Assembly (NCBI GenBank): GCA_030550495.1
Contig: JAUQPG010000003.1
Coordinates: 1 to 61,281 of the forward strand
Source of the DNA: Candidatus Bipolaricaulota bacterium
Lineage (GTDB): Bacteria; Bipolaricaulota; Bipolaricaulia; RBG-16-55-9; DRXL01
DNA length: 61,281 bases
Reading direction: 5' to 3'
Made by a program: the position numbers and the translations under genes
Notes under the pieces: generated by a model
Seen by the model: the letters and a program-made list of their open reading frames with translations, nothing else
The model's database searches: none
Told to the model about the DNA's origin: nothing
In this document: one piece after another, positions 1 through 8,616 of the stretch
Layout: every line of letters starts with the position of its first letter
How positions within the stretch are numbered: the first letter of the stretch is position 1

Positions 1-490
1 ACGGCAAGGGCGTGAACGCGTACAAGACAAGCTGCCAATTGATAGAGAGCATCGCTGCCAGCGAGAACGAAACCATGATGATCGCATCGGCTAACGCCAA
101 GATCCCCATGCCGCACGCAAACTGCACGGCCTCGACATCGTTGGTCGCGTGGGCCATGAGATCGCCGGTCTTGGTATTGGCGAAGAAGTTTGCCGAGAGC
201 TTGACGAGATGCGCGTAGAGCCGGTCGCGCAGATCTCTGCGAATCATGCGCGACGCGCCAAAGATAAAATATCTCCAGAAGAAGCGAAAGATCGCAACGA
301 CGACCGCAATGCCCAAGATATACCCGGCATAGAGCGCAAGCTGGGCCGTACCCGCCTGGGCGAGCTGATCGATCGCCGCGCGAATGATCAAGGGCACAAC
401 AAGCTGGGCACCGTCAACGATAAAGAGCGCGAGCAATCCTAAGAGGATGCGCACTCTGTAGCGCCAGAGATACCGAAAGATCCCGCGCAT
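1..490 (-). CDS. ABC exporter, fused membrane/ATPase type (MsbA/MdlB-like); only the N-terminal membrane domain lies inside the window
   Basis: My own minus-strand translation from the ATG at 490..488 gives MRGIFRYLWRYRVRILLGLLALFIVDGAQLVVPLIIRAAIDQLAQ...FFANTKTGDLMAHATNDVEAVQ. This is the usual ABC-exporter TM-domain pattern. The frame stays open to base 1, so it is absent from the ORF track. Confidence 0.7.
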   Translation of the reverse strand, partial: MRGIFRYLWRYRVRILLGLLALFIVDGAQLVVPLIIRAAIDQLAQAGTAQLALYAGYILGIAVVVAIFRFFWRYFIFGASRMIRRDLRDRLYAHLVKLSANFFANTKTGDLMAHATNDVEAVQFACGMGILALADAIIMVSFSLAAMLSINWQLVLYAFTPLP

Positions 491-503
491 GGTAGTGAAA
501 GAG

Positions 504-532
504 ATTGTAGCGTGATAGTCATGGGGTTTCAA
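504..532 (-). promoter_or_regulatory. sigma70-type promoter for the ABC exporter gene
   Basis: On the minus strand: TTGAAA (532..527), 17-bp spacer, TACAAT (509..504), 13 nt before the ATG at 490. Confidence 0.45.
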
Positions 533-699
533 CCAGCCAGCTGTTTTCCCAAGCGCTCAAGGGTTTCTTGGCGCGCACGGATCTCTTTCTCCCAATAGGC
601 GATAAGCTGTTGAGGCAAGCTTGTGCTGATGCTCCGCGATGACACGTTCTAAAGCAGCAATGCGCTTGCGCAGCTTCTTGCGCCAGCCCACAACAGCTC

Positions 700-948
700 C
701 TACTCAGGCAAGTTCATGATGACTTGATCCCATTCTCGAAGGATATCCTTAGCAAGCCATGTGAAACGTTCGAGAGAGACTGCAAGATCAGCCTCCAAGT
801 CTTCATGCACTTCGCTTTCGGGATCAGTCTTTTTGAGTTGCTCGATAAGCTGAAGTGCTCTGCGACACTCTTCTTCAAATTCTCCTAGCAAAGACTCGAG
901 AAAGTCATTGGTGGGACTGAGCACTTTAGGCTTTGACTGCACAGCCAT
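700..948 (-). CDS. hypothetical small acidic helical protein (82 aa)
   Basis: ORF track entry only. I recognise no family. A TATAAT at 970..965 precedes it but has no good -35. Confidence 0.35.
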   Translation of the reverse strand: MAVQSKPKVLSPTNDFLESLLGEFEEECRRALQLIEQLKKTDPESEVHEDLEADLAVSLERFTWLAKDILREWDQVIMNLPE

Positions 949-986
949 TGTAGATCACCGTACTATTATACTGAACAGCTCTTAAA

Positions 987-2279
987 CTACACCAGCTCCA
1001 GAAAGAGCAGCTTGGGGTTCTCCAAGTAACTAATGATCTTCTTACAGAAGCGCGCCCCTACGTCCCCGTCTATGAGACGATGGTCGAACGAGAGCGACAC
1101 GTACATAATGTCGCGAATCACGATCTGGTCGTCCCTGACGACCGGACGCTTCTTGATCTCGTGGATCCCCAAGATTGCGACCTCGGGATAGTTAATGATG
1201 GGAGTAGCAAACAGCCCACCCAGAGCGCCCAAGCTCGTAATAGTGAAGGTGCCGCCTTGGAGATCTTGCAGGGCAATCTTACCCTCGCGCGCGGCTTTGG
1301 CCAGGCGCTCGATCTCGGCAGCGATCTCTAATATGCTCTTTCTGTCGGCATCTTTGATCACGGGGACGATCAGGCCGTTCTCAGTCGCCGTGGCGATCCC
1401 GATATTATAATATTTTTTAATGACGATCTCGCCCGTCGCTTCGTCTAATGACGCGTTGAGCATGGGCATCTCCTTGAGTGCGGCGACGCTCGCCTTCACG
1501 ATAAACGGCAAGTACGTGAGCTTGACGCCCTTCTGTTCAGCTAATGGCTTCATCTGCTCACGCAATTGAATGAGTTCGGTCATGTCGACTTCGTCGACGT
1601 ACGTGAAGTGCGCTGCTGTGCTCTTGGACTGACGCATGTGCTCAGCGATGCGCTTGCGAATTCCTCGCAAGGGGATGCGCTCCTCGCGTCGGTCGGTGAT
1701 GACGGCGCTCGGCGCGAACGCCGGAGCTGTAGGTTTCGGCGCGGGGGGAGGAGGCGGCGTCGGTTGTGGAGCAGTGCGTGCGGCCGCGAAGCGGCGCACA
1801 TCTTCATCGGTGACGCGCCCGCCGGGGCCAGTTCCTTGAATTTGCGATATATCGACACCAAGCTCGCGGGCGAGCTTGCGCGTCGCGGGGGTCGCGAGCA
1901 CCCGCTGCGCTGGAGCTGCTGTCGGAGGCGGCGGTGCCGTAACAGCCGTTGCCGCAGCTGTGGCAACAGGCTCCGGTTCAGGCTTCGGCTGGGGTGCGGC
2001 GACTGTGACGGGTTCACGCTTGGGTTCAGGCTTGGCTTCCCCGACTTCTTCAATAGTGACCAAGACCGCGCCGACCTTGACGACTTCGCCCTCCTGGGCG
2101 TGCAGCTTTAAAATCTTCCCAGCGCGTGGCGCGGGGATCTCGACCGTCGCTTTATCGGTCATCACTTCGACCATGGGCTGGTCTTCGCGCACGAAGTCTC
2201 CTTCTTTCACAAGCCATTTGACGATCTCGCCTTCGTGAATGCCTTCGCCGATATCGGGTAATTTAAATTCAAAGGGCAT
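987..2279 (-). CDS. dihydrolipoamide acyltransferase, E2 component of a 2-oxoacid (pyruvate or branched-chain) dehydrogenase complex
   Basis: N-terminal lipoyl domain (VEVMTDKATVEIPAP), Pro/Ala linkers, peripheral subunit-binding domain (ATPATRKLARELGVD), and a catalytic domain ending in SFDHRLIDG. GAAGGAG lies upstream of the ATG. Confidence 0.93.
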   Translation of the reverse strand: MPFEFKLPDIGEGIHEGEIVKWLVKEGDFVREDQPMVEVMTDKATVEIPAPRAGKILKLHAQEGEVVKVGAVLVTIEEVGEAKPEPKREPVTVAAPQPKPEPEPVATAAATAVTAPPPPTAAPAQRVLATPATRKLARELGVDISQIQGTGPGGRVTDEDVRRFAAARTAPQPTPPPPPAPKPTAPAFAPSAVITDRREERIPLRGIRKRIAEHMRQSKSTAAHFTYVDEVDMTELIQLREQMKPLAEQKGVKLTYLPFIVKASVAALKEMPMLNASLDEATGEIVIKKYYNIGIATATENGLIVPVIKDADRKSILEIAAEIERLAKAAREGKIALQDLQGGTFTITSLGALGGLFATPIINYPEVAILGIHEIKKRPVVRDDQIVIRDIMYVSLSFDHRLIDGDVGARFCKKIISYLENPKLLFLELV

Positions 2280-2313
2280 CGCGACACTCCTTCTCGCAAA
2301 GATATTGCTATAG

Positions 2314-2343
2314 ATTGTAAAGGGTCGGCGCGCGTTCTGCCAG
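2314..2343 (-). promoter_or_regulatory. possible promoter for the E2 gene
   Basis: On the minus strand: CTGGCA (2343..2338), 18-bp spacer, TACAAT (2319..2314), then a roughly 30-nt leader with GAAGGAG. Confidence 0.3.
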
Positions 2344-2354
2344 CCTTTCAGAAC

Positions 2355-3701
2355 CTAGCGAGCTGTGACGAGAACCAAGAGAGTCCCTTCGTCATGCTCC
2401 AAAGCTGTGAGGGCTTTACCCAAAATGGCACCGTCGCACGCTGCAGGGCCGGCACAGCGCATCGCATAGCCGGGCCTCGACGAGCTCGTCAACAGATCTC
2501 CCGGACGGATTGGGCCGTTCTCGGTCGTCCCCTTAACCGGCACACGCCCCAGCAGCGTCAACAGCACTCGGACTTCAGTCAGTTGACGCGCCCCCAAGAT
2601 CAAGCCCGGCTGCGTCGCGATCACTCCAGCAACGAGCGTGCTATACGGCGTGCGCGCCTTGCGATAGTGCTTGGGGTGCTCTGGGTCAATCTCCACGACG
2701 TCTCTTGGCTCGACCGGCTCGGAAACTAAGATATATTCAGCGACGTCAGCCCCGCCCGCGTAGAAAGAGCCATCGGTGTAGACATTGCCTGTAGTGCGTT
2801 CTATCCGGAAGAGCGCCGGTGTATTATTGCTCGGCGCGAAGGGCGTATCGGTAGACCATTCTGGCCCTGGCGGTGATCCCCCATAGTTGCGCATCCCATT
2901 GCTGGGCCCGCCGCTGGCGCCTGATGAGTCATTGATAACATTCCCAGAGCCTTCGTCAAAGTGATAGAGCGCAACGGTGTTCGCATCGGGGGTAAACGGC
3001 GCCGTTGGCGGCGTGAAGTTCCCCGTGTAGCGTCGGATATTCGAGATGCGTAGCTCATCCAGCCAGCCCCTATACGACGGATATGCCGGGCCGGCGTCGT
3101 GCTTCTCGGCGCCCAAAACTAGGAACGGATCGCTGTTGGGATAGCTTGTCGGGCGTCCGTCTCGGTAGCTGACGTCGCGGTTGCTCCCGACGTTGCCAGG
3201 GCCGCAGACATCTTGTTGCCCGTCTACGAAAATACAGAGCTGCCCATCGCTGTAGCGCCGTGTTACGGCAACGTGATGCCATTGCCCATTGGTGACAGGT
3301 ATATTCCCACAGATCGTATTCCCGTTGCTCCCGTAGCTGACGCCGAACGCGATCTTGCCGTTGTTGAGAGAGATGCCGAAGTCGCCGTAGTCGCCCGGCC
3401 CCCAGATGTCGCGATCTATAATAATATTCCCAGTTATCCAGCCGTCGTTGGTGTTGCACGTGACGCTGCCGGTGTTGTCACCGGGATTGGCTTTCATCCA
3501 AAATTCAATAGTGAAATCAGTCGCACCAACATCGGCGGGCTTGTGCGGGTCTATCTGAATCTTGACGCGATCGATGTCATTGACCCCGTTGCCGTAAAAG
3601 CGCAAAGAATAGCCCACCTGCGAGAGCACCTCCACAGGAGAAGAGGCTCTCAATACAATCACAAGACCAATCACTATGACAGCAAATAGAGATTTCTTCA
3701 T
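2355..3701 (-). CDS. secreted LamG-like (concanavalin A-type lectin/glucanase fold) protein with a 151-aa C-terminal module shared with the 8617..10833 product
   Basis: Signal peptide [21 protein letters not shown]. LamG_3-like pattern (LRFYGNG...[11 protein letters not shown]...WHHVAVT...LDELRISN). C-terminal module [11 protein letters not shown]...GGADVAEY...[12 protein letters not shown]...[26 protein letters not shown]. Confidence 0.85.
   Translation of the reverse strand: MKKSLFAVIVIGLVIVLRASSPVEVLSQVGYSLRFYGNGVNDIDRVKIQIDPHKPADVGATDFTIEFWMKANPGDNTGSVTCNTNDGWITGNIIIDRDIWGPGDYGDFGISLNNGKIAFGVSYGSNGNTICGNIPVTNGQWHHVAVTRRYSDGQLCIFVDGQQDVCGPGNVGSNRDVSYRDGRPTSYPNSDPFLVLGAEKHDAGPAYPSYRGWLDELRISNIRRYTGNFTPPTAPFTPDANTVALYHFDEGSGNVINDSSGASGGPSNGMRNYGGSPPGPEWSTDTPFAPSNNTPALFRIERTTGNVYTDGSFYAGGADVAEYILVSEPVEPRDVVEIDPEHPKHYRKARTPYSTLVAGVIATQPGLILGARQLTEVRVLLTLLGRVPVKGTTENGPIRPGDLLTSSSRPGYAMRCAGPAACDGAILGKALTALEHDEGTLLVLVTAR
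2358..2810. repeat. dispersed coding repeat, copy 1 (C-terminal module); partner at 8620..9072
   Basis: Shared DNA strings such as gatcaagcccggctgcgtcgcgatcac and gcgcgccttgcgatagtgcttggggtgctctgg. The spurious plus-strand ORFs 2394..2729 and 8620..8895 also translate similarly. Confidence 0.85.
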
Positions 3702-3716
3702 AACTTTTATTGCCCG

Positions 3717-3745
3717 ATTTTAGCTTACCAGCGCACGCCTATCAA
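3717..3745 (-). promoter_or_regulatory. sigma70-type promoter for the LamG-like gene
   Basis: On the minus strand: TTGATA (3745..3740), 17-bp spacer, TAAAAT (3722..3717), 15 nt before the ATG at 3701. Confidence 0.45.
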
Positions 3746-4233
3746 ATCGAGCCAAGCCACATCCCTACCGTCACCGCCGGCTGCAGCCAGTACCACTCTC
3801 CAAAAGTAAAATTGACCTGCACGTAGATCGGAAGCGAGAAGAACTCTAGATTGTGACCGACCAGGAGCTTGAGATACGCTTGAGTCCAGATTCCCTGATC
3901 TCTCCCAGCCGTATCCTCCCAGCGCGCCCAGCCCAGCCCCGCCCCCAAATACGAGCTCTCTATGTGAAATACCAACGCCCCGTCCAGATAGAGCACCCAA
4001 TCGTCGGCACGAAGATCAGCCAGCACCGTGCCCTCTACAAGCAGGCCGGCCCAGCCGGAAGCCAGTTGCCCTCGCACTGCCCCTCCAAGAAACGAAAAGC
4101 TCACCGGGGCTAGCCCCCAGTAAAGCCCCGTGCCCACGCGCATCTCCGCCCCCTGCGCGCTCACCCACAAGAGAAAAAGAGCCAGGGCGCAGCTAAGAGC
4201 CACGCCCCGGCTTGCTCCCTTCAGCATATACAC
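3742..4233 (-). CDS. small secreted Gly/aromatic-rich, beta-strand-rich protein (possible membrane beta-barrel), unknown family
   Basis: Signal peptide (SCALALFLLWVSAQGAEM) followed by alternating hydrophobic pattern. Its start codon directly abuts the stop of the giant gene at 4234. Confidence 0.6.
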   Translation of the reverse strand: MYMLKGASRGVALSCALALFLLWVSAQGAEMRVGTGLYWGLAPVSFSFLGGAVRGQLASGWAGLLVEGTVLADLRADDWVLYLDGALVFHIESSYLGAGLGWARWEDTAGRDQGIWTQAYLKLLVGHNLEFFSLPIYVQVNFTFGEWYWLQPAVTVGMWLGSI

Positions 4234-7200
4234 CTAGCGCAGGATGACGACCTTCTGCACGGCGCTGCGCTCGATCCTATCGCTGCCCTTGATCGTGAGC
4301 ACAGCCAAGTAAACGCCGTTAGCAAGGAGACTGCCGTCTTGCGCGCGTCCGTACCAGATCACGCGCTGCCCAGGCACAAACTCCGAGCGATAGAGCACGC
4401 GCCCCTGCAGATCGTAGATCTCTACGCGCACCGCTTCAATGCCCTCGCCTTGCACTATGAAGCGTATGCTAGAGCGATCCATGCGCTCCAGAGCGATGCG
4501 CGTCACCCGCAAGGGCACAGACGCCGACTCTGCTGGGATACGATATGTCTGCACAATCGGATCGAGTCGGTCGCCATCGCCGTTGAGATCTTGTCCGTAG
4601 CTCGACTCGTAGACCCAGAACGCGATCAGGCCGTCGTAGATATCGGGTTCACTGCCGACGCGAGCTGTATTGAAGACCTGGCGCAGCTCGCGGTCATAGT
4701 ATCGGATCACGGTATCGGTGCGGTCGCCGTCGCCGTTGAGATCAGTATTCAGAGAAGCTTCATCGGTCTGGAAGACTACGTAGCGCCCGAAGATCGCGGG
4801 CCAGCTCCCGACAGCTTCGGTCTCTTCGACACGTCCTGTGGCGATCTCGTAGAGCCGAATGACTGGCCTCTTCTGAGCGCGATCAGGCGTGACGAAGGCC
4901 ACGATCCCGTCATATATAGCAGGCTGAGCGCCCTCAAGGCCCGTATCGCGCAGCTCGTGTCGTGTCAGATCATAGATTTGAATGGTGTTCGCCGGGCCGA
5001 CAAACGCGATGAACTTTTCCCAGATAGCGGGATCGCGCCCGGTGCCGAGCACTCTCACGGAGTTGCCGTCCCAGAGCGCGATCTGATCGGTATGCTCAAA
5101 GACTACGAACGCCCCATAGATCCCCGGATGAGATGCGGCGAAGTCGGTGCGCGTGAGCGCGCCCGTCGCGATATTATAGAGCCCAAGCTTCCCTTCAGGA
5201 CTGACGAACGCGACCGTGTGCTCATAGAGATCGAGATCTCGTGGCGCGCAGGAGACGAAGACCCCGGTATTGGTGATCAGGCCCGTTTGGAGATCGCGGA
5301 CGCGCAGCACGCAGTCGTTCAGACTCTTATTTCTGTTAAGATCGAGCTTCGGGCCGCGACCGAAGTGCTGCTCTGGCGCGGGGAAGACCATGAGCGTGCC
5401 CCAGATCGGGGGATCGCCGCCCAAGGGCCCTTCTATCGTTGTACCTTGCTGGCCTGTATTGTTATTGGGGTTGGGATCAGCCGTATCGCTGGAGACCTCT
5501 GCAGTATTGGTGATCGTCCCTGGCACAGTCGGCGTGACGACAATCGTGATCGTCGCCGAAGCCCCAGCATTGAGAGTCCCGAGATTGCATGTGACGACGT
5601 TGCCCACAGGAGGATTACAGCTTCCTTGGCTAGGCACAGCCGAGACGAACGTCACTCCCGCAGGTAACGTATCGGTGACGACGACGTTCGTCGCCGGAGA
5701 TGGCCCAGCATTGGTCACCGTGATGGTATATGTCAAGTTATCGCCGACAAGCACAGGGTCAGGATTATCAGTCTTGGATATGCTGAGATCAGCAGTGGCG
5801 AGTGGCTGCTGCAGCAGCGCGAACTGATAGCGATCCACCCCTGAGCCTGGAGGCGATTCGATGGCTCCGCCCTGCTCGGTTGGAGGATTGGGGTAATTAC
5901 CGTCGTATGCATAGATTCCAGAGATCGTTGTGGGGACGTCATGGACAGTTTGTGGCGTGCAGACTTGGAGAACGCCGCCGTTGGTGACAAATGCTTCGGT
6001 GATCTGGAAGTAGGTGCGCTCGCTGTTAATATTGAAGCCTGTAGGGCCATAGTTGCCATTGGGATCAGAAACTGCTGATGTGTACGAGCCAGCACATGGG
6101 GCGTTCTGATCTATCTGAACGGTGAGCCCTGTTATGGGATTATTGAACGCATCGACGACGCGCACGTACCCGTACCAATCTTGCTGGATACGTGCGAGGG
6201 CGTTATCGGGGCTCCAGGTGTTATTGGCGTTGATCGTGCTGAGATCTTCTGCAAGGGGAGTGTCCAGAGCGAAGATGCCGAAGCCGCCGTTGGCACCGAT
6301 CGTGTTGTTCTCGATGTTATAGGGTTGCGAGAGCACGTCATCGTTGGCTGAAGCAGGGGAGTCATTAGCGCCGAAGTAGACGAGTGCGAGGATACCGTTA
6401 GCAGCGTTTTGAGTGATCGTATTATTCTGGATAGACGGTGAAGAACCGATGAGTAAGATGCCCTCACCGTTGTTGTTCGTGATCTGATTTTCGCCGATGA
6501 CCGTGCCGCCGTTGTCGCGCCGGATGAAGATGCCCTCGTTATTGTTATTTTGAATGGTGTTCTGCAAGATCCAGGTATTGGCCGGCCCAGGGGTCGGGGG
6601 GCCAATCTGGGCGTCAGGGCCGGGGTAGTCATTGAGTACTGCTATCCCTAAACCATTGTTGATGATAATGTTCCCAAAGATCTCATTATTATCTGTGCCA
6701 GGGCCAATGACTTGAATCCCATCGTAGTAGTGATACTGAATGGTGTTATTGGGGCCGATGGTATTCTGAGATGCACCGTTGTTGATGACGACCCCAGCGT
6801 TATCGTAGCCTTGGCGCGGGACGACGTCTGTGCCGCCCTGGATCGTGTTGTTTCTGACGATATTGCCCGTCGTACCCACGCCGGAGATGAGCACATTCTG
6901 GTACTGATTGTAGCGAATAGTGTTCCCTTCGACGATATTGTTTGTCGCGCCGCCATAGATTGAGACCCCGGCGTTGCCGTTGGGAGCAGCAGTCACCCCA
7001 TCAGGGGTTCCGATGTAGCTATTGGCTACTATATTGTTACTTGTGCCGACGTCGCGCAGGAGCACGCCCTCTTGCGCGTTGTTATATATATAGTTTGCTT
7101 GAGGTATTTCACCAGAATCTACACCAATACAGACGTTTTGAGGGCCGTTGCTGCCCGCGGGCGTGCGTTCGATAAGGATCCCTTGAGCAGCGTTGCTATA

Positions 7201-8541
7201 GATGGAGTTTCCTGAGATGGAGACGCTGCCGCCAGCCAAATTGCACAGATTGGGGTCAACGCCAGTGACCGCGCCGGCGATCTGAATCCCGACACCGTCT
7301 CCGGCAAGAAAGCCGTTATTGTTTATAGTATTTTGATATATGCGCACGCCTTGAGGCGCGGTGTCGGTAGCAAAATCTTCGATGACGGTGACCCCGTTGC
7401 CACCGTTGCCTGTTATAGAGTTACCGTAGATGGTAATATTGCTGCTTGCGCCAACGACGATGACCCCGGAGCTGATCCCATCCTGGCCGTTAGAAGTTAT
7501 GATGTTGGACTGAATATTGATATCGCTGCTATCGCGGACGCTGACCCCAGCTCCTCCATTGTTGTTGATCGTATTCAAGGAAATATCAACAGATCCTGTG
7601 GCATTGCCTATGAAGATACCCAAGCCGTTGTTGCTGATATCATTTAATTGGATTATGCTTCCCCCGACGTTCCCCTGGAGTGTGATCCCTCCTACGGGGT
7701 TGTTCGTGATTGTAGATATAAACACACCAACAAACGGGGCAAGCGAGAAGATCGCTGGGCCGCCGGTGTTGCCATCGAGCGCTGAGTTCTGAATCTGGAC
7801 AAGGCCAGAGCTTGCGGCAATGGAGATGCCCCCGTTGCTGTTATTGTTGATAATGCAGTTTTGAATCGTGACATTTTGTGGGGCCACGTAAATTCCTGTG
7901 CCGCCGTTGGTGCTCACCGTGCAGTTAGAGATTTGAGTCGTGCTGGCAGAACCGTAGAGCGAGATCCCTGCGCCCCCGTTGTTGGTCACCGTGACGTTCG
8001 TAATAGTTGTGACGTTTGCTGGGCTGTCCACGCCTATGCCGACGTTGGGATTACCCGTAACAGTAATGCCGTCGAGCGTAGCTGCGGCAGCACTCGTATT
8101 GATGACGACGGCCACACCCCCGGCCCCAGCATTGGTGATCGTGATCGGGCCTTGTATAGTTATCCCCGACGTATCAAGCACAATAGGGTACTGCTCCCCG
8201 TTGGCGTTGATAGTAATCCCGGTATTGAGGGCCCAAGCATCAATAGTCGTATTGGTCTCGTTGCCGATCCAGAGGCTCCCTAGATTAAGCGTGATCGTCG
8301 TGCCGTCGAGGCTGGCATCAAAGACGATAGTGTCCCCAGGGGCGCCATTGAAGTTAGCCACGAGAATAGCTTCGCGCAACGAGCAGTCATTATTCCCCGG
8401 AGGGGGACAATCCGTCCAAGGATCGTTAACCACGTCTGCGTTCGTGGTGACAGTGATCGTCCAGGGTTGGGCGATCGCGGGCAGGGTAGAGACAGAGAGA
8501 CCCAGAAGAACACTCCAAAGAAGGAGACCCACTCTTGCCAT
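4234..8541 (-). CDS. giant secreted surface protein: CSLREA N-terminal motif, long parallel beta-helix (PbH1-type) region, DUF11-type repeat domain, beta-propeller-like repeats with DxDGDxD loops, FlgD-Ig/T9SS-type C-terminal beta-sandwich
   Basis: The start is moved to the third ATG ([26 protein letters not shown]) because GGAGG lies 5 nt upstream of it. Motifs seen: [13 protein letters not shown]; many N-N-G-G-x-G-I coils; [41 protein letters not shown]. Repeated P-x-I-[YFW]-x-x-[FIV]-[VI]-[AV]-F units, [10 protein letters not shown] and [10 protein letters not shown] loops. The tail is [14 protein letters not shown]...[11 protein letters not shown]. Confidence 0.9.
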   Translation of the reverse strand: MARVGLLLWSVLLGLSVSTLPAIAQPWTITVTTNADVVNDPWTDCPPPGNNDCSLREAILVANFNGAPGDTIVFDASLDGTTITLNLGSLWIGNETNTTIDAWALNTGITINANGEQYPIVLDTSGITIQGPITITNAGAGGVAVVINTSAAAATLDGITVTGNPNVGIGVDSPANVTTITNVTVTNNGGAGISLYGSASTTQISNCTVSTNGGTGIYVAPQNVTIQNCIINNNSNGGISIAASSGLVQIQNSALDGNTGGPAIFSLAPFVGVFISTITNNPVGGITLQGNVGGSIIQLNDISNNGLGIFIGNATGSVDISLNTINNNGGAGVSVRDSSDINIQSNIITSNGQDGISSGVIVVGASSNITIYGNSITGNGGNGVTVIEDFATDTAPQGVRIYQNTINNNGFLAGDGVGIQIAGAVTGVDPNLCNLAGGSVSISGNSIYSNAAQGILIERTPAGSNGPQNVCIGVDSGEIPQANYIYNNAQEGVLLRDVGTSNNIVANSYIGTPDGVTAAPNGNAGVSIYGGATNNIVEGNTIRYNQYQNVLISGVGTTGNIVRNNTIQGGTDVVPRQGYDNAGVVINNGASQNTIGPNNTIQYHYYDGIQVIGPGTDNNEIFGNIIINNGLGIAVLNDYPGPDAQIGPPTPGPANTWILQNTIQNNNNEGIFIRRDNGGTVIGENQITNNNGEGILLIGSSPSIQNNTITQNAANGILALVYFGANDSPASANDDVLSQPYNIENNTIGANGGFGIFALDTPLAEDLSTINANNTWSPDNALARIQQDWYGYVRVVDAFNNPITGLTVQIDQNAPCAGSYTSAVSDPNGNYGPTGFNINSERTYFQITEAFVTNGGVLQVCTPQTVHDVPTTISGIYAYDGNYPNPPTEQGGAIESPPGSGVDRYQFALLQQPLATADLSISKTDNPDPVLVGDNLTYTITVTNAGPSPATNVVVTDTLPAGVTFVSAVPSQGSCNPPVGNVVTCNLGTLNAGASATITIVVTPTVPGTITNTAEVSSDTADPNPNNNTGQQGTTIEGPLGGDPPIWGTLMVFPAPEQHFGRGPKLDLNRNKSLNDCVLRVRDLQTGLITNTGVFVSCAPRDLDLYEHTVAFVSPEGKLGLYNIATGALTRTDFAASHPGIYGAFVVFEHTDQIALWDGNSVRVLGTGRDPAIWEKFIAFVGPANTIQIYDLTRHELRDTGLEGAQPAIYDGIVAFVTPDRAQKRPVIRLYEIATGRVEETEAVGSWPAIFGRYVVFQTDEASLNTDLNGDGDRTDTVIRYYDRELRQVFNTARVGSEPDIYDGLIAFWVYESSYGQDLNGDGDRLDPIVQTYRIPAESASVPLRVTRIALERMDRSSIRFIVQGEGIEAVRVEIYDLQGRVLYRSEFVPGQRVIWYGRAQDGSLLANGVYLAVLTIKGSDRIERSAVQKVVILR

Positions 8542-8571
8542 AAAAGCCTCCATCTCTTTTTTAAGCATTTT

Positions 8572-8600
8572 ATGTTAGCATTCTAATTATCGAAAGTCAA
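8572..8600 (-). promoter_or_regulatory. possible promoter for the giant surface-protein gene
   Basis: AT-rich gap. On the minus strand: TTGACT (8600..8595), 17-bp spacer, TAACAT (8577..8572), then a roughly 30-nt leader with GGAGG. Confidence 0.4.
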
Positions 8601-8616
8601 GAGTCTAAGATTTAAG

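Noticed and set aside
965-993. A TATAAT at 970..965 might be a promoter for the 82-aa ORF.
   Set aside because: No -35-like hexamer sits at a 16- to 19-bp spacing and there is no TG extension. The evidence is too weak to list as a feature.
1566-2238. Overlapping ORFs of 67 to 181 aa lie on both strands within the E2 gene.
   Set aside because: They coincide with the Pro/Ala linker region of E2, and their products are Arg/Gly/Cys-rich nonsense. The E2 frame is unambiguous.
4339-5667. A 442-aa plus-strand ORF, along with several other ORFs of 60 to 200 aa on both strands, lies inside 4234..8568.
   Set aside because: They lie antisense or out of frame within the giant gene, whose own frame shows coherent domains and repeats. 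Their translations are Arg/Ala/Pro-rich low-complexity strings typical of shadow ORFs in GC-rich coding DNA.
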